Assembly (NCBI GenBank): GCA_963575745.1
Contig: CAUYUJ010000329.1
Span: forward strand, 1 to 64,000
Source of the DNA: Prorocentrum cordatum
Taxonomy: Eukaryota
Reading direction: 5' to 3'
DNA: 64,000 nucleotides
The position numbers and the translations under genes are program-made. Position 1 is the stretch's first letter. Every line of letters starts with the position of its first letter. This document shows positions 51,685-61,115 of the stretch, piece after piece. The notes under the pieces are model-generated. The model did not search any database. It was not told the DNA's origin and saw nothing but the letters and a program-made list of their open reading frames with translations.

Positions 51685-52960
51685 ATGAGACACCACACGC
51701 ACATGGTCCGAGTCGCAGCTCGTCCGCGCGCAACCGCCGTGGAGCCCCAGGCCCATACGGCGAGAGTAGGTCGAGCCCGCGTACTGCTTCTCAGAGGCCA
51801 TGCACTCCCCGTGACAGGGGACACAGGGAAGCTGACGCTCCCCACCTCTCCATCTCAGACGACCATAGTTGAGCTCAGAGACCAGGTTGAAACCTTCGTG
51901 TCCAGGCAATGCTCTGGACTACTGCAGAGCGTTCAGACGAACGCCGCCGACACTGCAGCCATGCGCCACGATCTGGACGGCGCCTTAGGGATCATTGATT
52001 CCAGGATCGCTGAAGATCGACGCATCATAGGTGAACTGCAGTACCAGGTTGATCGTGAGGTGTCACACTCAGGTGAACGAACGGCGATGGTCGAGAACCT
52101 GCGCAATTACCTCGCGCAGATGGAGCAACAGCTTGTGCTCGTACGCGACACAGGCGTTTCAGCAGTCAGGATTTTACATGATGAGATCCACGACCAGCTC
52201 CGCAACCGACCAACACCAGCCGAGGCCACCGACCTTGGCGACGTTCAGTCTCGGATCAATGATCTTCGATCTTACCTAGACCACACTACGGCGACGCTTC
52301 GCAACGAAGCACACGCCAACTCGTCGAACCTGATCGACATGTTGCAGCGTACTGAGAGAGTCATCACTCAAAGGCTTGATGCGACCAACGCTGTCGTGCA
52401 GCCGCTCGCTAACCGGATCTCTGACATCGAGCGGCGTTTTCCTGGTGTGCAGGACGCCCTGGCAGAGTTGCGTGTCGGACGAGCCCAGACTGGCCAGCTG
52501 GATTCTCCTCCCACGGTTTACGATTTCGCCCGCTTCACTGACAGGTTGCAGGAGGTTGAGAAGGCGGCGGACCACACGCAGTTGGAGCTCTCCCAGGTTA
52601 TTCGTGAAAGAGATACTGAGAAGGTACGTGTAGAGGGTCACCTCGCACGTCTGGAAAGCGAGCTGGAGGCACAAAGCGCCCGTCTCCGAGCATACGAGCA
52701 ACGACTTGATCGGTATTCACAACGTTCTCGGGATACTGATGAGTATACACGCCAAAAGGTGGCACAAATACACGAAGACATGGCGAGCTGGACGAATCAG
52801 CTGATCGACCACACCAACGACACCAATCTCCACCTTCGACCTGCAACCGACCTGCACAGGCCGACGGCAGCGTCCGCCGAAGCACACAAGCTTCTGCAGG
52901 ACAACAACGACGTACGTCACCAGGAGCAGCCTCCGCGGCAGCTTCTGCACAGACACGCCA
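51685..52960 (+). CDS. Coiled-coil N-terminal extension of Gag (frameshifted relative to the gag-pol ORF)
   Basis: Heptad-like L/E/Q/R-rich sequence at ~51870-52830; the true start is uncertain. Confidence 0.6.
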
Positions 52961-52961
52961 T

Positions 52962-55900
52962 GTGTCTCCTGTGCGCACAGAACCAACTACTGACGGTGCA
53001 CCGATACCCTCACAACCACTGTCTGCGGTTTCGGTCCATACTACAACTCCTATCAAGGAGTCAGACACCGTCCGAGTCCCTGTCTTGCCTAAGATCACGC
53101 AGCTGCTCGAGTGGCAGCAAAAAGTACGGAAGAACTTCGGGGCCGCCTCAGGGCGACCATCCAAAGCATACGCCTTCCTATGCGTGGCTGAACAGCCCGA
53201 ATGTACATTCGAGGACTTACAAGACAGTGGAGACTTTGAGAGCATCGATTGCAAACTCGCTACCGCTCTGAGCGACATCTTATCCTCGGACTTACGCTAC
53301 CAAATCAGGCTCATCGAAACTAGAGAGCACAAAGCAGGACGCATGCTCAAAGGACGCCAGATTTACTGGCACATCCTACAGTCCTACAAAGTGACAGAGG
53401 TTGATGACGACCTGCACGATTTCGAGCGCCTTAAAGAACTGAGGATGAGAGATGACGATTTGCAACGTTTTATTACTGACTGGGACGCTTTACTCTTGGA
53501 GTGCCGAGAAGCACCCGATCCAAAGATCTTGGAATCGCTGTTTCGTATACAGATTCGGAGACATGTATGGATGAAACAAGACATGTACGAGTACCAGCGC
53601 ATGAAGATGAGCGACCCGAATCGTACCTACGATTGGCTCCGACAGCGTGTCCTGGACATACTGGAGCTTAAACAATTGGAGAATAATCAAAACAAGTTAC
53701 GGTACGAACATGAGACACGTTCTCAAGTCAACGTGTGCGCTGCCTGGAAGAAAGGCAATTGTCGCAGTGGTGAACGGTGCAAGGCTTTGCATATATATTC
53801 CAGGGATTGGAAGAACAACAAATCTTCCAGAACATCGACGGCTGGTGGCAACTCCCGCCGCAGCATGTCCACTCCTGCGAATCACAAGAAGCCAACATCG
53901 AAACCATTTTGCTTTGATTTCGCCAAGCGCAACACATGTACCAGAGGCGATAAGTGTAACTTTCCACACGTCGCACAGTGTAAAGATTTCGCACATAATA
54001 AGTGCCCAAGGGGCGACAAATGCAAATACGCTCATCTTACACCTGGTGCAAAGACTCCTGAGCGAAGCCCGAGTCGACCACGGACCTCCAGCCAGGATAG
54101 CCGTGGCCGATCACCATCCCGCGGATCAGGAAGCCAACCTTCTTCGCAACGCCTGGGGTTCCGCTACGCAAGCGACTCGCGCCATGGACGTGACAACCGA
54201 CGCCAATACGACCGATCTCGTTCAACATCCAGGAGGTCCCCAGACTCTCGCAGTCAATCGAGAAGTCGATACGACAGATCTTCGAGATCTACCTCCCGAG
54301 GGCGAGACAATCGTGGCGGCGGACGCGGTAGTCCACGCGGCCGTGATAGATCATATGGCAGTGGCAAAGGACGTGGCAGACGTTCCTTGAGTCATGGTTC
54401 GCCCCGTGGCTCACCCCACGCCAGAGCACGTTCTCCTGCCAACTTTCGACGTTCACGCCGTTCCGACCGCAGTTACGTCATCCGTGACAAGACCCTCATG
54501 GCCAACACCAAGGCCACAGCGACATCTACCAAAACACGTCGTCGGATACGCTTCGACATACGTAACGTGGAATACTATTTACATACCGTATCTGGCAGGG
54601 CCAGATTGGATAAATGGAAAGAGATGCCGAACGAGGGTGACATCGTCAATGTACCAGACCCGTTACCACAACGATGGTGGGATCAAAGTGCGGATGCCCT
54701 ACGAGCATGTCAAAAAGAGGCACAGCTATGGTACTCTGACCTATATGGCTACCGACACAACAAAGAGTCGGTGGCCACACCAACTGCGATCCGAAAATAT
54801 GACGACCCTGTTAAGCAGTCATCAAAGACAGTCCAGACGAAGACAACGACAATGCAAGTCGACCCACCACGCTCGACTGCTGCATTGACACGGTCTTGGG
54901 TTCTCGACAGTGGTTCTGCTCATCATATTCAGGGAAAACATGAACTAACGCAGACCGAATCGGATCGCATATCTATTCGCGAAGAGCATATTCTGGAAAC
55001 CGCCAATGGTGATCGTACTGTCAACGAGCACTACGACATACGGCTACCCGAGGTCGGCTTACACAGTTCAGCCCTTGCATTGCCAGACTGTCCATCTTTA
55101 CTATCAGTTGGGAAATTGATCGAAGTTGACGGCTTTCGGCAGCTTTGGGATCCTGAGCTGGGCTACTTGCTTCAGGATCCGGGGGGCCAATGGTATAATA
55201 TTCCAGTCAACAATAGAGCTCCAGAATTACGACTCGACGACTTGACACTGATACCACCACCACGTTTATGCACTTCGTCAGCACCCCGACGTCGTCAGCG
55301 CAAGCGTTCATCCGCCCGCTGCAACGACATTTGTTGGTGCTGCAAAACTACAGAGCAGTCAACCACTGCAGACGAGCTACGGCCCCACATAGGGACCTGC
55401 CCCAAGAGACCACATGTCGGAGAGGGAGGAGGGGCACGGACCACCACGGTCGAAGAACCTCCCGACAAAAACACAGACGAGCCTAACGTGGACACACCCA
55501 CCGACTCGCCTACGTCTCAGACGCAGCGTTCTCCTCCACAATGCGGGGGGCTAATAGATACAAGTCAAGCAGATAACGACATACCGACAGAGACGCCCAC
55601 GCGAATGCATCGCGACAATGATCGAGTTCTCCCCAACAGACAGAAGAAACCGATCGACCCGATGCATTACATGACTCACAGCCCAAAACACCCTGACTGT
55701 GAGATCTGTTCTCGTACGATGGCGCAGAATGCCCCGTGTAGACGACAGCGCAAACCACATCCGCCGGCAGACCCCACCGACGAGGATAACGCCTACGAGG
55801 CTTTTGTCCCAAAGAAGTTTGGTGAGGCTTTAACTGCCGACCATATCGTGCTGGCCAAAGACGATGCCGCGGACAAACACGGCGACAAGTATGCACTTGT

Positions 55901-57374
55901 TGTCCTAGACAGATACACCGGCATCTTCATGGCCTACCCAGCACTGCACAAAGACGCAGCTACCACAAAGGCATCCTTTCAACAGTTCATCGCCGCGAAC
56001 GATGAGGTGAAGCATATCTATACAGACAATTCTGGAGAGCTTCAGAAAGCTCGCCGCCAACTGGGATGGAGACACGACGCGAGTACGCCACATCGTCCGC
56101 AAACGAATGGATTGATTGAGCGCGTCGTCAAAATTGTCATTCTCGGTGCGAGAGCTGTGTTACATATGTCTGGTCTGGGACACGAATGGTGGAAAGAGGC
56201 CATGCAAGCCTTTTGCTGTGGACACAATTTTGTGCATGCATCTACGGGCGTGGCTGCCCTCAATGAAGAGCATGCAGATAAGACAGCTCATGAAATGCGA
56301 TTTGGCGAAAGCTTTCCCGGGCACTGCATACCATTCGGTGCTCGGATCTTTTGGAAATGCCTCAACCCCGGGATTAACAACGAGACTGCAAAGTTTAAAG
56401 AGAATACTCGGGAAGGGTTATTCATGGGTTACCACTTACATTCTGGTGGACGATGGTCAGGTGACTATCTTGTTTTGGATACGGCTACATACGCCAGGAA
56501 TCCTGATGGTGAACTGTGTCACGTGCACAGAGTCAAAGACATCATCATCCCTGATGGCAAGTTCACCTACCCAGTGAAAGAAGGTACTCTACGACATCAT
56601 AACACTGAGGCACACGACGAGGTCAAGGCATCCACATCTCGCCCCTTGGGTGATAAACCAATGCCCGATCCTCCACTTTCCTACCCTAAAGAATGGGATG
56701 ACCCATCTATGATGACAACGGAGGACAACGCCGCTGATATCCAAACATCGGCCTCTGAAGTTGCTGCACCAGCGCCGGAGCCCGACTACTGGGAACAGCG
56801 CGGATATTGCGTCATCAGACATATTCGTACTCCACGCAAGAAACTGTTCATCCCGACGGACGAAGTCATGAACATACCTGTACCTGTTGATCAACTCGAC
56901 GTGACACGAGATTTCAAGACAACTTCTACTTTTGAAGGAGAAAGTGACTTTCGAGATGTTTGGGATGGTGTTAGCGCCAACGACCACAGGGAGTTAAGCG
57001 AGCCGTGGACAGGCACGATTCAATTCTATGAGCTTCCAAAAATGACGCCAGACGGCAAAATGGTGGTTCGCGGACGCGAGACACGTATACAGACTACTAC
57101 ACGCCCTGATCACATTCTTCCCGAGCATTGGAAAACACTCTCTCGTGGACAACAAAAGAAGGAAATCGATTACGCCAACAATGTTAAACGGGCTCGTGAG
57201 ATTCGTGACCGAGCTGCACTACGAGTGTGGACAAGGCAGGACAAACAGGTCAACAATTTCCGTGCCACCACATCTGGCGGACCCACATGGAATACTGTGG
57301 AACGACGGATTACATACGACACTGGCAATGGCGACGTCATCCGCGACGAAAACGTCAAAGGCGTGACGAAATAA
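52962..57374 (+). CDS. Copia Gag (3 CCCH fingers, RS-rich tract) - aspartic protease - integrase
   Basis: CCCH fingers 53736-54035; WVLDSGS (D at 54906); HYMTHSPKHPDCEIC (55665-55709); integrase D (TADH, 55839), D (TDNS, 56025) and E (NGLIER, 56118). Ends at an in-frame TAA. Confidence 0.9.
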   Translation: MSPVRTEPTTDGAPIPSQPLSAVSVHTTTPIKESDTVRVPVLPKITQLLEWQQKVRKNFGAASGRPSKAYAFLCVAEQPECTFEDLQDSGDFESIDCKLATALSDILSSDLRYQIRLIETREHKAGRMLKGRQIYWHILQSYKVTEVDDDLHDFERLKELRMRDDDLQRFITDWDALLLECREAPDPKILESLFRIQIRRHVWMKQDMYEYQRMKMSDPNRTYDWLRQRVLDILELKQLENNQNKLRYEHETRSQVNVCAAWKKGNCRSGERCKALHIYSRDWKNNKSSRTSTAGGNSRRSMSTPANHKKPTSKPFCFDFAKRNTCTRGDKCNFPHVAQCKDFAHNKCPRGDKCKYAHLTPGAKTPERSPSRPRTSSQDSRGRSPSRGSGSQPSSQRLGFRYASDSRHGRDNRRQYDRSRSTSRRSPDSRSQSRSRYDRSSRSTSRGRDNRGGGRGSPRGRDRSYGSGKGRGRRSLSHGSPRGSPHARARSPANFRRSRRSDRSYVIRDKTLMANTKATATSTKTRRRIRFDIRNVEYYLHTVSGRARLDKWKEMPNEGDIVNVPDPLPQRWWDQSADALRACQKEAQLWYSDLYGYRHNKESVATPTAIRKYDDPVKQSSKTVQTKTTTMQVDPPRSTAALTRSWVLDSGSAHHIQGKHELTQTESDRISIREEHILETANGDRTVNEHYDIRLPEVGLHSSALALPDCPSLLSVGKLIEVDGFRQLWDPELGYLLQDPGGQWYNIPVNNRAPELRLDDLTLIPPPRLCTSSAPRRRQRKRSSARCNDICWCCKTTEQSTTADELRPHIGTCPKRPHVGEGGGARTTTVEEPPDKNTDEPNVDTPTDSPTSQTQRSPPQCGGLIDTSQADNDIPTETPTRMHRDNDRVLPNRQKKPIDPMHYMTHSPKHPDCEICSRTMAQNAPCRRQRKPHPPADPTDEDNAYEAFVPKKFGEALTADHIVLAKDDAADKHGDKYALVVLDRYTGIFMAYPALHKDAATTKASFQQFIAANDEVKHIYTDNSGELQKARRQLGWRHDASTPHRPQTNGLIERVVKIVILGARAVLHMSGLGHEWWKEAMQAFCCGHNFVHASTGVAALNEEHADKTAHEMRFGESFPGHCIPFGARIFWKCLNPGINNETAKFKENTREGLFMGYHLHSGGRWSGDYLVLDTATYARNPDGELCHVHRVKDIIIPDGKFTYPVKEGTLRHHNTEAHDEVKASTSRPLGDKPMPDPPLSYPKEWDDPSMMTTEDNAADIQTSASEVAAPAPEPDYWEQRGYCVIRHIRTPRKKLFIPTDEVMNIPVPVDQLDVTRDFKTTSTFEGESDFRDVWDGVSANDHRELSEPWTGTIQFYELPKMTPDGKMVVRGRETRIQTTTRPDHILPEHWKTLSRGQQKKEIDYANNVKRAREIRDRAALRVWTRQDKQVNNFRATTSGGPTWNTVERRITYDTGNGDVIRDENVKGVTK

Positions 57375-57380
57375 GAAATA

Positions 57381-60300
57381 TTGTATGCCAAATTACCTGG
57401 TGGGCCACGTGACATTACTACGGTACTGTACTACCGCCAATCACCACAACAGCACGAACGCGCTTTGGTACTTGTGGATAGTGAAGGAACCGACTTTGGG
57501 ACCATGAACCCGCTTATACGCCAGTTCACCCAGTCGGTAGCAATACCAACTATGCCACGTGAGACCACCTACACACCGGCACACAGAGACAAAATACCCG
57601 ATTCCTCATGGTCACGCCCGGCCCTAGTTACCAGAAGCCTGAGTAAAAAAGAAGTTGCCGCAGAACCACGTGCACAAGAAGCCCTGCGAAAAGAATACGA
57701 GAGATTGGAAAAGAAACAAACGTGGATGTTGGAGACTGTTGCAGAAAAAGCTGATATTGAGTCACAAGCTATCCGCACTGGGACGAAAGTTCATTTCTTC
57801 AATATCTTGGAGCTATCTTCAGTCAAACACGAGGAACTTCCACCTGATCTACGTAAATTCAAGGGCAGAGTGGTGGTTCAGGGCAATACAGGCAAAGATG
57901 AAACTGGCTTGGCCGCAATATTCGCCGACGCCGCTTCCAGTGCTTCACATATTGAGGCTTCCAAACTTTGCGATGCTCCTGCATTATTGCCACAATATGC
58001 GGGAGAACAAAGTAATGCACCTGGAGCCTACACACAGGCATTATTATACGGCGACGGACGAATCGATCCAGTTGATACTTGGATTACCATCCCTAAGTGG
58101 CGACAACCGACATCCTGGTCAAAATACAAATATCCAGCGTGCCGATTGCGATTGGCTCTATACGGACACCCTCTCGCAGGTGTCTTTTGGGAACGAAAAT
58201 GCCGTACATGCTTAGAAAGCGTTGGTTTCGAGCCTATTTCAGGATGGGAATGTGTATGGAGACACAACAAACTGGGACTGATACTTTCAGTATATGTGGA
58301 TGACTTTAAATTAGCCGGCCCAGCTCACAATTTACAGACTGGCTGGGATTATATTCGCAAAAGCGGTATTGACTTGGATCCACCTACTCTATACTCGCAA
58401 TATCTTGGTTGTGGACAACAAGCATATGATGTACCGCAGACTATCTTCGACAAAAGAATGTCTACCATACGCCCTATGTTGCCCGTACACAATGAGAAAG
58501 ATTACAATACGGCCAAACAGGTTCGTGGAATTCGACATGATATGCTTGGTTTTACCGATCAGTGCATTGAGCGATGCCTGGAATGCGCCTCCAAGCGCGC
58601 CCAGGGACCAGGGTCACGTCGGAAACGATCCGACTCGCCGAGGACTCCGCGATCCAAACCGCCCGCATCCTCCGGGTCGGTCGCCAGACCTACTAGTGTG
58701 CTCAATGCACGGCCACGATCATCCAGCCCAGCAAAATCGGTCGACACGACATCTACCACGACAGATCCCATACCCGTCACATACGATGACCTACCTGACG
58801 CCGAAACTCCTGGCATCGAGGACACCTCCTTCACGGATTCCGACTATTCCGACGAGGGCATCCTTGGCCAGGACGCGGCGAGTGTACTAATGAAGATCCT
58901 ATACCTGGCACGTTGCTGTCGTTTCGATCTTCTACATCCAGTATGTATGCTGGCCAGAGAAATTACCAAATGGAATACTACGTGTGATAAACGTCTACAT
59001 CGGTTGATATGCTGCATCAAAACGACGCGTACACATTGTTTGCACGGATGGATAGGTGATTCGTCAGACAAGTTATCCATCATGCTCTTTACTGACGCCT
59101 CGTTCGCTGATTGCATTACATCATCCAAATCCACTACCGGCGTTTTTGCCGCGCTTGTTGGACCCAATACGTTCTTTCCAGTCACCGCTGTATGTAAGAA
59201 ACAAACGGTTGTCTCATATTCATCTACTGAATCCGAGATGATTGCTCTTGACTCAGCACTACGACTGGAAGGATTACCACTACTCTCATTCTGGGAAGCC
59301 GTGGTGGGAGTTGCCAAAACATGCAAAGAGAAGAATGCATGCCTGAGCTGCCATCGACACGCCGACCCGGCGATGCGTCCGACATTGGCAGCCAAAAAGA
59401 AGCGTAAGCCATCGCCTCGCAAGGCACCCCCTACACGGGGATCTTCTCCTAGCCGTAGGCAACTACCGCTAAATACGGAATTACCTACGCCTCCAAAGAG
59501 ACGTACAATATCCCATGAGGGTACAGTATTGCACGTGGATCCAGAACCGGCTCAGGAGATTAGTTCTCCCAAAGTGCGTCTTATCGTCCTCGAGGATAAC
59601 CAGGCCGTGATCAAAATTGTCCAAAAAGGACGTGCACCAGCACTTCGTCATCTTCATCGTACTCATCGTATCAACCTGGATTGGATATGCGAGACGTGCC
59701 AACTCGAACATATCGAGCTCAAATACGCAGGTACAAAGGAGCAGATCGCAGATATGATGACCAAACATTTCGAGACGAAGAAAGCAGACCTTTGGAAGGA
59801 TCTCTTGGAACACTCGCTCATCTTTCCCGCTACCCCGATACAGTGTCCTCCAAAGAAACCCTGGAAACCACTGCGAGGGCCTCGGAGGCCCGATGGTTTA
59901 CCTCATTTTGCGGAACCTCCAAAACTGGATGGATGCCCGGAAGTATGCAAAATATTACTTACAGAAAAAGAAGGATGGGGCGAAGTAGGATCAGAATGTG
60001 GATTTCGGTGCGTTGGGCAATCCAATCACGAGGGAATATGCGCATGCATGTACCACATTGGCGTACCGGCCGCAGCTATTGCGTCGCGCACACTTCGTTC
60101 ACGCGCACGTTCCCCGCACGGTAGACATCCCCGCCATCCTCCCTCGCCTCCACAAGATGCAGAGAGATTTAGGACATTACTTTTACGTTCATGCCGCAGC
60201 AATTTTACGACTCGAGCTACAAAGCTTACAGGCATTCTATTCGCCACGTGCGAGGCGAAAATAAGCGAGATCGGTTCTAATCCCGACACCCCCATCCACA

Positions 60301-61115
60301 ATATGGATCAGGCACAGCCGCTCAACCTCATCGGCTGGCCCATCGGCTACGACACGGAGTACGACCCGAACGCCAAGGACGACGACCGCGTGGGCTTCAC
60401 GTACCACGCTCAAATTGGCAGTCCTCGTGATCCTGATGATGGTTACATATACATACATCAACGGCGTGCCGATCGCAGTGGAGAGTTTGATCTCCGCGTG
60501 CCCGACGAATCCACTATTCGAGAAATTACCCGCTCTGCGTCCGCCGACGCCAAGAGTTGGATCAATGACACGAGTGGATCAGTCGGCGGCAACGCCAACT
60601 ATGACTACAGCACATTTACAGCTACACCGTGGCTATCATTCATGCGGGCTATGTGTATGCTTTCCAGTCTCTTCAATCGTAATCCGTCTGTACAAGAAAG
60701 TGTTCGTGGTCTACATGATCATTTGAACGCGGTGATCCCAGGAACGCACCGCAAGTGCCCACCAGAGAACTTTACGACGATGATATTGAAAACGGAGTGG
60801 ATGATGATTCACAACGATTGGTCTAAGATTGGCAGTGCAGTATTGGGACAGTATGCCGAGGACAGCGTTCAGGATACACAAATGTACTATTCAAATGGTC
60901 TTTGTGCACCATCCGATGTATACAGCAATGGGTTGATAACTCCATGCTATGCTCCTAAACTTGATCGTACAACGGCCAAGTTACCTACACGCCCACCTGG
61001 CGTAGCCAGGACATCAGATACATCTGGACACACCGGCCACATTGTTGAGGATAATTTGGTCACCAACATGAGAGCATACCAAGCAACTTTCGCCGCAAGC
61101 TCACCACATGGTTGA
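57381..61115 (+). CDS. Copia reverse transcriptase - RNase H, fused to a Cys/His motif and an unknown C-terminal region
   Basis: FKGRVVVQGN, LYGHPLAG and YVDD (58293); RNase H FTDASFA, SSTESE, EDNQA and ADMMTK. Same frame as the upstream ORF. Confidence 0.9.
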   Translation: MYAKLPGGPRDITTVLYYRQSPQQHERALVLVDSEGTDFGTMNPLIRQFTQSVAIPTMPRETTYTPAHRDKIPDSSWSRPALVTRSLSKKEVAAEPRAQEALRKEYERLEKKQTWMLETVAEKADIESQAIRTGTKVHFFNILELSSVKHEELPPDLRKFKGRVVVQGNTGKDETGLAAIFADAASSASHIEASKLCDAPALLPQYAGEQSNAPGAYTQALLYGDGRIDPVDTWITIPKWRQPTSWSKYKYPACRLRLALYGHPLAGVFWERKCRTCLESVGFEPISGWECVWRHNKLGLILSVYVDDFKLAGPAHNLQTGWDYIRKSGIDLDPPTLYSQYLGCGQQAYDVPQTIFDKRMSTIRPMLPVHNEKDYNTAKQVRGIRHDMLGFTDQCIERCLECASKRAQGPGSRRKRSDSPRTPRSKPPASSGSVARPTSVLNARPRSSSPAKSVDTTSTTTDPIPVTYDDLPDAETPGIEDTSFTDSDYSDEGILGQDAASVLMKILYLARCCRFDLLHPVCMLAREITKWNTTCDKRLHRLICCIKTTRTHCLHGWIGDSSDKLSIMLFTDASFADCITSSKSTTGVFAALVGPNTFFPVTAVCKKQTVVSYSSTESEMIALDSALRLEGLPLLSFWEAVVGVAKTCKEKNACLSCHRHADPAMRPTLAAKKKRKPSPRKAPPTRGSSPSRRQLPLNTELPTPPKRRTISHEGTVLHVDPEPAQEISSPKVRLIVLEDNQAVIKIVQKGRAPALRHLHRTHRINLDWICETCQLEHIELKYAGTKEQIADMMTKHFETKKADLWKDLLEHSLIFPATPIQCPPKKPWKPLRGPRRPDGLPHFAEPPKLDGCPEVCKILLTEKEGWGEVGSECGFRCVGQSNHEGICACMYHIGVPAAAIASRTLRSRARSPHGRHPRHPPSPPQDAERFRTLLLRSCRSNFTTRATKLTGILFATCEAKISEIGSNPDTPIHNMDQAQPLNLIGWPIGYDTEYDPNAKDDDRVGFTYHAQIGSPRDPDDGYIYIHQRRADRSGEFDLRVPDESTIREITRSASADAKSWINDTSGSVGGNANYDYSTFTATPWLSFMRAMCMLSSLFNRNPSVQESVRGLHDHLNAVIPGTHRKCPPENFTTMILKTEWMMIHNDWSKIGSAVLGQYAEDSVQDTQMYYSNGLCAPSDVYSNGLITPCYAPKLDRTTAKLPTRPPGVARTSDTSGHTGHIVEDNLVTNMRAYQATFAASSPHG

